A stretch of DNA of 64,000 bases from Armatimonadota bacterium. Its GTDB lineage: Bacteria > Armatimonadota > Fimbriimonadia > Fimbriimonadales > GBS-DC. Below, piece after piece: positions 40,944 through 50,857 of the stretch. Each line of letters starts with the position of its first letter. Position 1 is the stretch's first letter. Below the pieces are notes generated by a model that saw only the letters and a program-made list of their open reading frames with translations, was not told the origin of the DNA and ran no database searches. Both the position numbers and the translations under genes were made by a program. The stretch is from assembly GCA_037444405.1 (NCBI GenBank), contig JBBIML010000014.1, forward strand, positions 32,001 through 96,000. The letters run 5' to 3'.

Positions 40944-43886
40944 ATGAGATGGATGTGGCGACTGTGGCTTGGATGGGTGCTGATTCTGGGCTGCGCAGCA
41001 GCCCAGACGCTGACACCTGACGATGTGGTGCGCGGCGAGATACTGCTGACGATGCGCGCGGGCACTTCGATAGAGAAGGCGCGCGCGCTGGCAAACAGCG
41101 TGAATGCCGATTTGCGCCCGATCCGCGTGCCCGACACCTATGTGCTGCGCCTGCGCGACCAGCAGGGCGTAACGGACGCCGCGCTGCTGGAGCGGGTTCA
41201 GCAGGCGGTGGAGCGGCTCAAAAACGAGCCTGATGTGCGGTATGTCCGCCCGCACTGGCGCGCCCGCCTGATGGATGTGCCCAACGACCCGCGCTACGGC
41301 GAACAGTGGGCGCTTCCGATGATCCGCGCACCCGAAGCTTGGGATCAGGAAAAGGGGCAGGCAGGTGTCCGAATCGCCATCATCGATGATAACTTCGAAC
41401 GCAACCATCCCGATCTCGCAGGTCGCTTCGATCCGCTTTCGCGCAACTTTGAAGCCGACCCTCCCGATGAGAACATCGATCCCGCGCCCGGCTCCTTCTT
41501 CTCACACGGGACACTGGTGATGGGTGTAGCCGCCGCCAATACCAATAACGGCGTCGGGATTGCAGGTCTATGCTGGGAGGGAGTTACGGTCGTGGCGCTG
41601 ACCACCACCAAGCAGAGCTCTGGCTTCCTCAACGGCGAGAATATCCTTGAAGCGATGCAGTATGTCGTGGATAACGCACGCGACGGCAGCGGCAATCAGG
41701 TTATTCACACTGTTAACATGAGTTTCGGTAGCGGCTTCCCTGACCCTCAGGAAAACAGCCTGATCCAGCAGATGTATCAGCGGGGCGTGGTGCCCGTCGC
41801 TTCAGCTGGCAACGAGAACAGCTCGAGCCCACGCTACCCCAGCGATTTTGATAATGTGATTCGGGTGTCCGCTGTTGGTCCCACAGGGCTGAAAGCTTCT
41901 TATTCGAACTTTGAGCGCATCGATCTGGCGGCGCCCGGCGGCGATCAGCAGTCCCGCCTGCAGGATGGGGTGCTTAGCACCGCGATAGGTGGCAGCTACG
42001 AATATGTGCAGGGCACTTCCTTCTCCTCGCCTTATGTGGCGGCGGCGGTGGCGCTGCTGATCTCGGCTGGTGCGCCCGTGCATGACCCCAATCGGGACCC
42101 CATCCCCCCTGCCCAGGAGGCGCTGCAGGAGACGGCTGACTCGCAGGGGCGGGCGGTGCCCGATCCAGAATTGGGCTGGGGCATCATCGATGTGGGTTCA
42201 GCCATTCGGGGCTTCGGCGGCGCCAGCATCACCATTGTAAGCCCCGCGAACAATACCTTCACCGACACCCGACGCATGCGAATCAATGTGATTGTGCGTC
42301 GCAGCACACTGCCCCAGATTCACCTCTTCTTCATGGGTGAAGAAATCCCGCGCTCGCAGTGGGAGCCGTTCGCCAGCGTCTCCAGCGATGGCAAAACCAT
42401 CACCATTTTCGGCTATGAGCTGGTCGCACCAGGTGAGGGGCGCTTCGACTTCACCGTAACAGCAGTGGGACAGGACGGCAACACAGCCACGCAAACGGCG
42501 ACGATTAATGTCCGCTCCCGTCAGCAGCCAGCAGGTCTGGCAATGTTCGCCACACCCTATCGTGTGAGCGGGGCGCCCGAAGAGATTTTCGGTGCGGATG
42601 CGATTCTGGCGCGCTACCTGCCATCTCAGGGGCGCTACGCGCGCTACTCTGGCAGCGGCACGCGCGAGCCGGAAGCGAGCTTCAATCCGCCCGGCGTGCG
42701 CGTGCGCCCTGAAGGGAGCGCGATTCCCACCCCGCCACGCGGACTGGGCTACTTCCTGCGCACGAACAGCCCCACCTTCATTCTGGGCGACGAGTTCATC
42801 GATCCGAACACCGCCTACCTGATCCCACTGGAGCCAGGCTGGAACATGATTGGCAATCCCTTCCCATTCTCGGTACCCTGGAGTGCGTGCGAGATCGAGG
42901 TGGAAGGGCAGGCAGGCGTGCGCCAGCGGCTCAATATCCTGGAGGCTGCTGACAAAGAGTACATTCGCCCGCAAATCTATCGCTACATCACGCTCACGGG
43001 CGAATATACATGGCGCACAGCGCCGCTGGGCGAGCTGTTGCCCTGGCAGGCGCACTGGGTCAGGGTACTCAAGCCCTGCACGCTGATTGTGCCGCCGCTG
43101 GGCACAACCCGCAGCCGTGACGAAGCGGCATCCGAGAACCCGCGCGTTACACCGGACACGCGCGACGGCTGGCTGATCCGCCTCATCGCTCGCAGCGGCG
43201 ACCGGGAAGACGCCAACAACTTCATCGGGGTCAGCCCGCGCGCCCGCGACGAGATGGGCAGCGAAGATGTGGAGAAGCCACCGCTGTTCCAGTCGTATGT
43301 GCAGCTGCGTGTGATCGAGCCGCGCAGCCGCGCTGCGCTCGCTCAGGACCTGCGACGGGCTGCTAAACGCCTGATGCGCTGGGAGCTGGAAGTTACCACC
43401 GACAAGCCCAACGCGGAGGTCACACTCCGCTGGCAACAGGAGGTGCCGCTGCCGACCAGCATGCGACTGACGCTGGTGGATAGCCTCACAGGGCAGCGCA
43501 TCTCGATGAATCGCCAGAGCGCGTACACCTTCCGCACCGACGAGAACAGTCGGCGGCGGTTTATTATCGAGGCGCAACCCTCGCGCCTGAGCCAGCTGCG
43601 CATCACGAACTTTACCATCGCCCGCACGCGCGGCAATCAGATCACTGTCCAGTACGCGCTGAATGCGACCGCCAGCGTGCAGGTGCTGGTTCAGGATTCG
43701 GCGGGGCGAACAATTGCGCGTCTAACAGGCGGTACCCGCTCGGCAGGGCTGAACACCGTCACATGGACAGGGCGCACCGATTCGGGTATCGCCGTGCCGC
43801 CAGGCACTTATCAGATTCAGATTATCGCGACGGGCGAGGAGGGCGACACCGCCCGCGCTGTGCGCCCGCTCGTCATCACCCGCTAA
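40944..43886 (+). CDS. Secreted S8 (subtilisin-like) protease with shared C-terminal FlgD-Ig module
   Basis: Triad motifs IAIIDD, SHGT, GTSFSSP; NMSFG and ASAGNE; propeptide; PNDPRY. Confidence 0.92.
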   Translation: MRWMWRLWLGWVLILGCAAAQTLTPDDVVRGEILLTMRAGTSIEKARALANSVNADLRPIRVPDTYVLRLRDQQGVTDAALLERVQQAVERLKNEPDVRYVRPHWRARLMDVPNDPRYGEQWALPMIRAPEAWDQEKGQAGVRIAIIDDNFERNHPDLAGRFDPLSRNFEADPPDENIDPAPGSFFSHGTLVMGVAAANTNNGVGIAGLCWEGVTVVALTTTKQSSGFLNGENILEAMQYVVDNARDGSGNQVIHTVNMSFGSGFPDPQENSLIQQMYQRGVVPVASAGNENSSSPRYPSDFDNVIRVSAVGPTGLKASYSNFERIDLAAPGGDQQSRLQDGVLSTAIGGSYEYVQGTSFSSPYVAAAVALLISAGAPVHDPNRDPIPPAQEALQETADSQGRAVPDPELGWGIIDVGSAIRGFGGASITIVSPANNTFTDTRRMRINVIVRRSTLPQIHLFFMGEEIPRSQWEPFASVSSDGKTITIFGYELVAPGEGRFDFTVTAVGQDGNTATQTATINVRSRQQPAGLAMFATPYRVSGAPEEIFGADAILARYLPSQGRYARYSGSGTREPEASFNPPGVRVRPEGSAIPTPPRGLGYFLRTNSPTFILGDEFIDPNTAYLIPLEPGWNMIGNPFPFSVPWSACEIEVEGQAGVRQRLNILEAADKEYIRPQIYRYITLTGEYTWRTAPLGELLPWQAHWVRVLKPCTLIVPPLGTTRSRDEAASENPRVTPDTRDGWLIRLIARSGDREDANNFIGVSPRARDEMGSEDVEKPPLFQSYVQLRVIEPRSRAALAQDLRRAAKRLMRWELEVTTDKPNAEVTLRWQQEVPLPTSMRLTLVDSLTGQRISMNRQSAYTFRTDENSRRRFIIEAQPSRLSQLRITNFTIARTRGNQITVQYALNATASVQVLVQDSAGRTIARLTGGTRSAGLNTVTWTGRTDSGIAVPPGTYQIQIIATGEEGDTARAVRPLVITR

Positions 43887-43899
43887 CGGAGGAGAGACT

Positions 43900-46632
43900 A
43901 TGATGCGGTTCTGCATATCTGGATGGGTTTTAAGCGTTATGCTGGTCGTCACGAGCCTGACACCTTTATGGGGGCAGCGCGTGTACGATCCCTTCAGCTT
44001 CCCCTGCTGCTGCCCCACCGATCAGGGCGGCTGCGTAGAGAACCCTGTAAGCGACGATTATGCGGCGATTAACATCACCAATGGCGTGCTGGGCGCCACT
44101 TTGGGGCTGGGTGGCACTATTCAGTGGTACACAGGTTGCTTCCCGATGACCAATACGCGGTGCATCACGCTGCAGGCGGAAGGTAGCATCCAGTTCGGCA
44201 CCAGCGGTGGTACCAGCCTGCTGCGCGGTAATGATGATAATATCGCGATGACCTCCGGCTACCCATGGGCAGTCTATCCTGGTGGAATTTATATCAGCAT
44301 GCAGGAACAGCGTGGGAACCAGACGCGCACCTTCGTGTGGGGGCGCGAACAGGGCGCTCCCAGCCTAATCTTCGATCGCGCCTGGCCCGGTGTCAGCGGC
44401 GTCTATATTCGGCGCCAGTGGTATGTGGAGGGCTGGCAGACCGATATGCGCATCGAGCTGATCCAGTCGGTGGCGCGTATCGAGCTGCGCGTGCGCAACA
44501 CCGGCACCGAAGCGGCGTCGCTTGCGCTGCGCCTGGCATCCGATGTGGAGGTGGGTGTCGAGGAAGGTGTGGACCCGAACGGCGCGTCGCTGCCCCCCTA
44601 TGTCTATGTGCAGGGTCAGCGCCCCATTAAAGTGGACACCGATTTGCGCGGTGTGCAGGTGCCGCCTGCGGTGGAGTTCTATCTTTCACGCGGCGATCTC
44701 AACGGCGCGTCGCGCTACATCCTGCGCCCGATGCCCGGCTTCGAAGACGCCACCCCCATCGACCGCCTGGTGTTCGGTGAGTGGTTCTTCATTCAGGCGA
44801 CCACCAACTGGGAGCCAGTGCTGTTCCCCGATAGATTTATCAGCGATGTGGCGGTTAACATGTTCGTGAATCCGCGCAACTTCGCGCCGGGTCAGGAGCG
44901 CGTGTTCGTGTTCTATGTGGTGCTGACCCCCGTCGATATCGATGTGCAGCCGCCTCTGGCAGTCGGGGTGGAAACCCTGCCCGTCATCGAACCGAACCAG
45001 CAGGATCTGTCCCAGCTGGCGAACGGCGGCGTGTTCGATGTGATTGCCTCGGTCACCAACATGTTCCATGTGGTGGACAAGGAGGTTGACCTGCGCAATG
45101 TGACGGTCGATCTGGCGCTGCCTGCGGGGCTGAGCCTGGCATCCGGGGAAACGCGCACCAAAAGCATCGCGCAGATTCAACCGGAATCGACCGGTTCGGT
45201 TCGGTGGCGCGTGGTTGCCGATCCGAAGGCAGTGGGCTTTTCGACCATCCGTGTCTCGGTGAACGCGCCGCCCGCGCCGCCCAAAACGGTCAGCCGCACG
45301 ATTTTGATTTCCGCCACCGCGAGCCGCGAGCTGAAACGCGGATTCCAGATAGTTTCGATCCCCTTCACTACGACGGCGCCGCTGGTCGATGTGCTGGGTC
45401 TACCTGAAGGCACCTACCTTGCTAAGCGCTGGAACCCCGACCGGGAAGTGTACGAGACGGTGGATGTCCTGCAGCCCGGCATCGGGTTCTGGCTCTACCT
45501 GCCCAACGAGGGCACAAACATCACCATGAGCAATGTGCGCTTCCCGCCTGCGGTCTTCACTGCCAGCGTGCCGATCCGCCTCAGCCGCGGATGGAACCAG
45601 ATTGGCAATCCCTATCCGTACCCGCTGGTGCTGGGGCAGATCGTGGTGGTAAGTGCGAGCGATCCACGCACCAGCCTCAGCTTCTTCGAAGCTGCCCAGC
45701 GTGGGGTCATTCGCGGCGTCATCTACTACTGGGACGAGTTCTTCGGCGAATATAAGTTCACTTCCGACCCCAACACGCCCCTGATACCGCACAGGGGGTA
45801 CTGGATCAAGTGCAACGACGATATTGATCTGGTGTTTCCGCCCGTGTTCATGCCTGGCACAGGATTCGGTGGCGTGATCGGCGGACGCTCCGCCTCGGAG
45901 CAGCCAAATCGCCCCAATGAGTGGCGTCTGCAGCTGATTGCTCGCACCGAGCGCGGCGAGGACAGCCAGAATTATATCGGTCTCACCAGCGGTCGCTCGG
46001 CAGGTGAGGTGGAGGAGCCGCCCGCACCGTTAGCTGAGGTGCCCGTGCGCCTGACCATTCTCAAACCGGGCACAAACGCGCCCCTGATGCAGGATGTGCG
46101 TCCCGCCTCCGCCACGCGCCACACCTTCGAACTGCTGGTGGAGGCGCCAGCGGGCACAGAAGTGAGCCTGCGCGCGCCTAATGTGCGCACCGTGCCGCGC
46201 ACCTACCGCCTGCGCCTGACCGATCAAAGCACGGGGCGCACGGTCGACTTGCGCAACACGCCCGAATATCGCTTCACTTCCAGCGGGCGCAACCGATTCA
46301 CGCTGAGCGTGGAGCGCGGCGCGCGCGGTGGTGCGCTCATCACCAGCATCAGCGTGGGCGCAGCGGGGCGTGGCGCAAACAGCGTCAGCATCTCCTATGT
46401 GCTGGCGCAGGACGCCCAGACCAATGTGCAGATTCTGGGCGCGGACGGACGCCTCATCGCCAGCCTGCAACAGGGGCGCGCTGCCACACGCGGCGTGAAC
46501 ACCGTCGTCTGGAACCTGCGCGATAACGCCGGACGCGCTGTGCCACCTGGCACCTATCGTGTGCAGGTCGAAGCCCGCGACTCCGACGGGCAGATCGCGC
46601 GCGCGGTACGACCGCTTATCGTAACGCGCTAA
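43900..46632 (+). CDS. Secreted 910-aa protein, Cys-rich N-terminus, Ig-like domains, shared C-terminal FlgD-Ig module
   Basis: Signal peptide; PCCCP; GWNQIGNPY; WNLRD..G..VPPGTY; GGAGG SD. Confidence 0.82.
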   Translation: MMRFCISGWVLSVMLVVTSLTPLWGQRVYDPFSFPCCCPTDQGGCVENPVSDDYAAINITNGVLGATLGLGGTIQWYTGCFPMTNTRCITLQAEGSIQFGTSGGTSLLRGNDDNIAMTSGYPWAVYPGGIYISMQEQRGNQTRTFVWGREQGAPSLIFDRAWPGVSGVYIRRQWYVEGWQTDMRIELIQSVARIELRVRNTGTEAASLALRLASDVEVGVEEGVDPNGASLPPYVYVQGQRPIKVDTDLRGVQVPPAVEFYLSRGDLNGASRYILRPMPGFEDATPIDRLVFGEWFFIQATTNWEPVLFPDRFISDVAVNMFVNPRNFAPGQERVFVFYVVLTPVDIDVQPPLAVGVETLPVIEPNQQDLSQLANGGVFDVIASVTNMFHVVDKEVDLRNVTVDLALPAGLSLASGETRTKSIAQIQPESTGSVRWRVVADPKAVGFSTIRVSVNAPPAPPKTVSRTILISATASRELKRGFQIVSIPFTTTAPLVDVLGLPEGTYLAKRWNPDREVYETVDVLQPGIGFWLYLPNEGTNITMSNVRFPPAVFTASVPIRLSRGWNQIGNPYPYPLVLGQIVVVSASDPRTSLSFFEAAQRGVIRGVIYYWDEFFGEYKFTSDPNTPLIPHRGYWIKCNDDIDLVFPPVFMPGTGFGGVIGGRSASEQPNRPNEWRLQLIARTERGEDSQNYIGLTSGRSAGEVEEPPAPLAEVPVRLTILKPGTNAPLMQDVRPASATRHTFELLVEAPAGTEVSLRAPNVRTVPRTYRLRLTDQSTGRTVDLRNTPEYRFTSSGRNRFTLSVERGARGGALITSISVGAAGRGANSVSISYVLAQDAQTNVQILGADGRLIASLQQGRAATRGVNTVVWNLRDNAGRAVPPGTYRVQVEARDSDGQIARAVRPLIVTR

Positions 46633-46687
46633 AATTCACGGGGGTAGCCGTCAACGCTGCCCCCAAACCAAACAGGGAGGCAAATCG

Positions 46688-47377
46688 GTGAAACGGACTG
46701 TTCTGACCGGGGCACTCATGATTCATCTGCTGCTCGCAGGCGCGTTCGCCAGCACGCGCGAGCTGGTCATCTTGCCCTTCGGCATGGGCAGCGGCGTGCA
46801 ACAGCCGCAGGATTTCAACCTGAATACGGAGCTGACGAACGCGCTCTATGCCCAGCTGAAGGCGATCCCCGACCTGTATGTGATGCGCTTCAAGGAGACG
46901 AACCCAGCGGTGCGCCGTGCGCTGGACGAGAACCGCCTGCGCCGCGACCGCCTGAACCCGCCCTTTAATGTGCGTGAGGCGGATGGCACATGGCGCTCCG
47001 CCCGAATCGGGCAGATTCTGGGCGTGACCTATGCGCTGGCGGGCAATATCGAGGAGTTCCGCTATGATCCCGACACCCGAACGGCGACCATCACGGTGAG
47101 CATGGACCTGGTGCAGGTGTCGGACGGCACCGTGCTGGTCTCGCTGGCGGAGACGGGTCAGGGACGCCTGAGTGGCGACGACCCGAACACCGCTTATATA
47201 GCCGCGATTGCCAGCGTCGCCAAGAAGCTGGGCGCGTCGCTGCAGGAGCGGTTGACCCCACCTGCACCCGCCGAGCCGCCCAAAACACCGAAAGTGTCCA
47301 TCCGCCGCACGGAGCGAGCCACTGCTGCCATTTTTGGACTGCTGATTCTGGTGGGGTTGCGCCTCACCTTTTTCTAA
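46688..47377 (+). CDS. Exported CsgG/TolB-N-like protein with C-terminal membrane anchor
   Basis: Signal peptide; LVILPFG; IGQILGV.YAL.G.I; LVQVSDG.V; Pro-rich linker then TM. Confidence 0.65.
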   Translation: MKRTVLTGALMIHLLLAGAFASTRELVILPFGMGSGVQQPQDFNLNTELTNALYAQLKAIPDLYVMRFKETNPAVRRALDENRLRRDRLNPPFNVREADGTWRSARIGQILGVTYALAGNIEEFRYDPDTRTATITVSMDLVQVSDGTVLVSLAETGQGRLSGDDPNTAYIAAIASVAKKLGASLQERLTPPAPAEPPKTPKVSIRRTERATAAIFGLLILVGLRLTFF

Positions 47378-47380
47378 CGC

Positions 47381-49324
47381 ATGCGAACTGGGTTGTTGCG
47401 CAGGGCGCGTTTGAGCTGGGCAGGGAGCCTGTGGCTGGTTCTCTGCCTGCTTGCTCATGGCGGTTCCGGCACCATTCGGCTCACGGCATACCCCACTGCG
47501 CTCGTGGCGGATGGCGCGTCTTCCGTCACGCTCACCGCTGAAGTGCGCACCGCGCAGGGCAAACCGGTGCCCGACGGCACTCAGGTTACCTTCAGCACCA
47601 CGCTGGGCACTCTGCGCGAATCGGTGGTTCCCACCGAAGGCGGTGTGGCGCGCGCGACGCTGATTGCCAGCCAGCTGCCCGGCGTCGCTCTTGTCACCGC
47701 CACCGCGCTGGGGCAGGGGCTTGTGGCGCAGACGCAGGTGATGATGGTGCGCGACGCCAGCGAGCTGCGCACCGCCACCGACTATGTGCAGGTAACAGCG
47801 TCTGACTATCTGGCTTACGCGAACGAACAGCGTGTGATTGCCGCCAGCGGGCGCGACAAAGGCGCAACCATCCAGTACGGCTTCATCCGCATCGAAGCCG
47901 ACGACCTGCAACTGCTGGTGGATGACCTGCAGGTGAAAGCCCGCAACGCGACGCTCCACTACGGACCTGCCACGCTCAGCTTCGATGAGCTTGCCTGCAA
48001 CCTGCGCACGGGCGACGGCTACGGGACTGTTCAGCAGGAAGGACGATGGCAGGTGATGCGCGTTCAGAGCGCCCGCGCGACCCCTGTGCAGGAGCCGCTC
48101 CCGCCAGAAATGTTCCGCTTCGAAGACATCTCCCAATCGGAGATGGTGATCAAGGCGGAGCAGATATGGTTCTATCCGGGCGAGCGGTTGCAGTTCCATC
48201 GCGCCGATTTTTATGTGGGTGCGGTGCGCGTGATGAGCCTGCCGCTCTATTCGCACAGCCTGTGGGGTGGTGTGGGTACCGATACCCTGATTGGCGTGCA
48301 GGGCAGTCAGCTCTATCTCGATCTGCCCTATTATTATGCGCTCAAGCCGGGTCAGGTGGGCGCGCTGCGGTTGCGCACGGCGCAGCGGGGCGGTCGCGGC
48401 GTCAGCAGCGCGCGCGGGCTGTTCCTTGATCTGGAGCATGAGTACCGCTTCGGGCTGGGCAGGGGGAGTTTCACGGTGTCCAGCCTCGCTCGCGAGGATT
48501 GGGGCATCAGCTGGCGCCACTATCAGCCGCTGGGCGCGTCGATGCGCCTGAACCTATGGCTCGACTCGCCCGCGCACAGGGGTCTGTTCGCCTCTGCGCA
48601 GCTGTCGCATCAGGGCAGGAGCTACTCCACCGGACTGACGCTCGCGGGCAGCACCTTCTGGGAGGGTGCCCGCGCCCGCACCCTGCGCGCCGAGTTCTAT
48701 GTGGAGAGCAACCCGCGCAAGGTGACTAACTGGCCGCTGCGCCAGAGCCTCTCGCTGAATCTCAGCTCCGCGCGCACGCACCTGAGCGGTTCATCGGGCA
48801 CGCGGCGCGACGGGGTGGGACTGCGCGCCCGCTGGACGCTCGTGCCGCTCGATCTGGACAGCCGTACCACGCTGACAGGCGGGTTGAGCATCGGGCGCTT
48901 TCTGGGCAACCTGCCGAACGCGGGCTGGGAACTGCTCGGCTCGCTGGGCATCTCGCATGCGCTGGGCAGCGGCGCTCTCACGCTCACCTACGACTATGCG
49001 CAGGACCCGCTCGGCATCAACTTGCTGGGGCAGCACCGACTGTCGGGCAGCCTCAACTGGACAATCGGTGACCGCCTCTACGCCACCGCCTACGGCAGCC
49101 GCTCGCTGGATCGGGACGCCACCAGCCTCATCGCCGACCTCTCATGGCGGCTGGGCACACGCTGGCGCATCGGCACGGGCATCACCTGGCAGCAGTTTCA
49201 CGGCTCTGCCTTTCGCGACCAGACCTACACCATCGCCTATCGGCTCGGATTCCGCGAACTCGCGCTCACATGGTCCACTTTTAGCCGCCGCTGGAGCTTT
49301 GATCTGCTGACCGTTTTTTATTGA
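47381..49324 (+). CDS. Invasin-type Ig (Big_1) + LptD-like putative outer-membrane beta-barrel
   Basis: LVADG.SS.TLTAEV...GKPVPDGT.V.F.TT.G; amphipathic strands; C-terminal aromatic residue (..LTVFY). Confidence 0.7.
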   Translation: MRTGLLRRARLSWAGSLWLVLCLLAHGGSGTIRLTAYPTALVADGASSVTLTAEVRTAQGKPVPDGTQVTFSTTLGTLRESVVPTEGGVARATLIASQLPGVALVTATALGQGLVAQTQVMMVRDASELRTATDYVQVTASDYLAYANEQRVIAASGRDKGATIQYGFIRIEADDLQLLVDDLQVKARNATLHYGPATLSFDELACNLRTGDGYGTVQQEGRWQVMRVQSARATPVQEPLPPEMFRFEDISQSEMVIKAEQIWFYPGERLQFHRADFYVGAVRVMSLPLYSHSLWGGVGTDTLIGVQGSQLYLDLPYYYALKPGQVGALRLRTAQRGGRGVSSARGLFLDLEHEYRFGLGRGSFTVSSLAREDWGISWRHYQPLGASMRLNLWLDSPAHRGLFASAQLSHQGRSYSTGLTLAGSTFWEGARARTLRAEFYVESNPRKVTNWPLRQSLSLNLSSARTHLSGSSGTRRDGVGLRARWTLVPLDLDSRTTLTGGLSIGRFLGNLPNAGWELLGSLGISHALGSGALTLTYDYAQDPLGINLLGQHRLSGSLNWTIGDRLYATAYGSRSLDRDATSLIADLSWRLGTRWRIGTGITWQQFHGSAFRDQTYTIAYRLGFRELALTWSTFSRRWSFDLLTVFY

Positions 49325-49340
49325 CGGGAGGGACTGCCCT

Positions 49341-49778
49341 GTGCGTTCGTCAACGGTCGCTGTATGGGTGTTGCGATTGCTCGGCGTGGGCTTTCTGGTA
49401 TTCGGGCTGCTGTTCGCCTTCGCGCCGGCGGGCACCCTCGAATATTTCAACCGCTGGGGTCAGGCGCTGGGCTGGCAGGAGCCGATGCCCCTCGATGAGG
49501 GCGGACTCTGGCGGGTGCTGGCGGTTGCCTTCATGGTGATGGTGACGGTGCTGGCGTTCTGGGGCGCACAGCCGACTCCGGCGCGTCCCGCCCTGCTGAT
49601 GGTGCTGACCCTCGGCAAGCTCAGTTCCTCCCTGCTGGCGCTGCTGTTCTACTGGCTGGTTGCTCCCCACTTTATCTACCTGCTCAACTTTGCGGTGGAT
49701 GGCTCCATCGCGCTGATCGTGTTCTGGTGTCGGCAAGTGTTGCGAGGCGCCGATTCGGTGGGAGGGGTTGCCCGATGA
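49341..49778 (+). CDS. Hypothetical 4-TM membrane protein
   Basis: Four hydrophobic helices; GGAGG SD; stop overlaps the next ATG. Confidence 0.7.
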   Translation: MRSSTVAVWVLRLLGVGFLVFGLLFAFAPAGTLEYFNRWGQALGWQEPMPLDEGGLWRVLAVAFMVMVTVLAFWGAQPTPARPALLMVLTLGKLSSSLLALLFYWLVAPHFIYLLNFAVDGSIALIVFWCRQVLRGADSVGGVAR

Positions 49779-50854
49779 GCGGTCCCGAACTGGGCGATCC
49801 GCTGCTATGGAACCGTCCGCGCTGGTATGGGCAGTCGCCCTTCTACGAGGTCTACTTTCTCAAACTGAACCTGCCTGCAACGGGAAGCGGCACGGAACAC
49901 GCCGACTGGCGCCATGCCCTCTGGATACGCTACACGCTGACCGCCACGAAGGGCGAGCCACCGACTGGCGAGGTGTGGGCGTTCATCTTTGATGCCCAGA
50001 TGCCCGAATGCAATCAGGGTGCAAAGGGAGCAGCATCCCCTGCGGATGTGCGCTGGCAGGCGGAGTTCCCCATCCGGATCGGCGCGATAGGAGAACTGAC
50101 GCACACAGACGCCACAGGCACGCTGCTTGTGGGTGGGCAACCCCTGCAGTGGACGCTTCACTGGGAGCCTGCGCGGTCGGCAATCGGGCTGTTCCCGATG
50201 CGCTGGATGTATGGAGCGCGGTTTCCCCGTACTAAATATGTGTCGCCGCACTGGGATGTGCGCGTCAGCGGCATGCTTCGCTGGGGCGACCAGAGCTGGC
50301 AGGTTTGGGACGCGCCCGCCCAGCAGGCGCATATCTGGGGCACCCGCTACGCCGAACGCTGGGTGTGGGCGCACTGCAACACCTTTGTCGACGCGCCCGA
50401 TGCCGTCTTCGAAGGGCTGGAGGTGCAGGTGCAGCTGGGGCGATGGCGAACGCCGCCGATGCGCATGCTCTACCTGCGCACCAGCGAAATCCAGTTTTTC
50501 ACCCGCCGCTGGCGAACCATCATCCAGAGGCGTGGCGGTCCTTCGCAAGTCTGGACTGCTGAAGCTGCGCTTCAGCAGTCCATAGGTCGATGGCGATTCG
50601 ATGCCATAGAGGGCAATCTGCGCCTGACAGGTGAGTTGGATGCCGAACCGTTCCAGATTCTGGGCGCGTGCTACACCGACCCTGACGGCTCGCGCCGATG
50701 GTGCCATAACACCAAAATCGGGCGTGCAACGCTTCAGCTCTTTCGGCGAGTGGGCAGCGGCTGGCAGATGGTTCGGAGCCTGCACGCGCAAAACAGCTGC
50801 GCGATTGAATGGGTGGAACCCGCGCCCGATGCGCGAATCGAGAAGTGGGTCTGA
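49775..50854 (+). CDS. Tocopherol cyclase/CrtC-like lipid-modifying protein
   Basis: Trp-rich; FYEVYFLK, WIRYT, QAHIWG..YAERWVWAHCN, YTDPDG. Confidence 0.6.
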   Translation: MSGPELGDPLLWNRPRWYGQSPFYEVYFLKLNLPATGSGTEHADWRHALWIRYTLTATKGEPPTGEVWAFIFDAQMPECNQGAKGAASPADVRWQAEFPIRIGAIGELTHTDATGTLLVGGQPLQWTLHWEPARSAIGLFPMRWMYGARFPRTKYVSPHWDVRVSGMLRWGDQSWQVWDAPAQQAHIWGTRYAERWVWAHCNTFVDAPDAVFEGLEVQVQLGRWRTPPMRMLYLRTSEIQFFTRRWRTIIQRRGGPSQVWTAEAALQQSIGRWRFDAIEGNLRLTGELDAEPFQILGACYTDPDGSRRWCHNTKIGRATLQLFRRVGSGWQMVRSLHAQNSCAIEWVEPAPDARIEKWV

Positions 50855-50857
50855 ACG

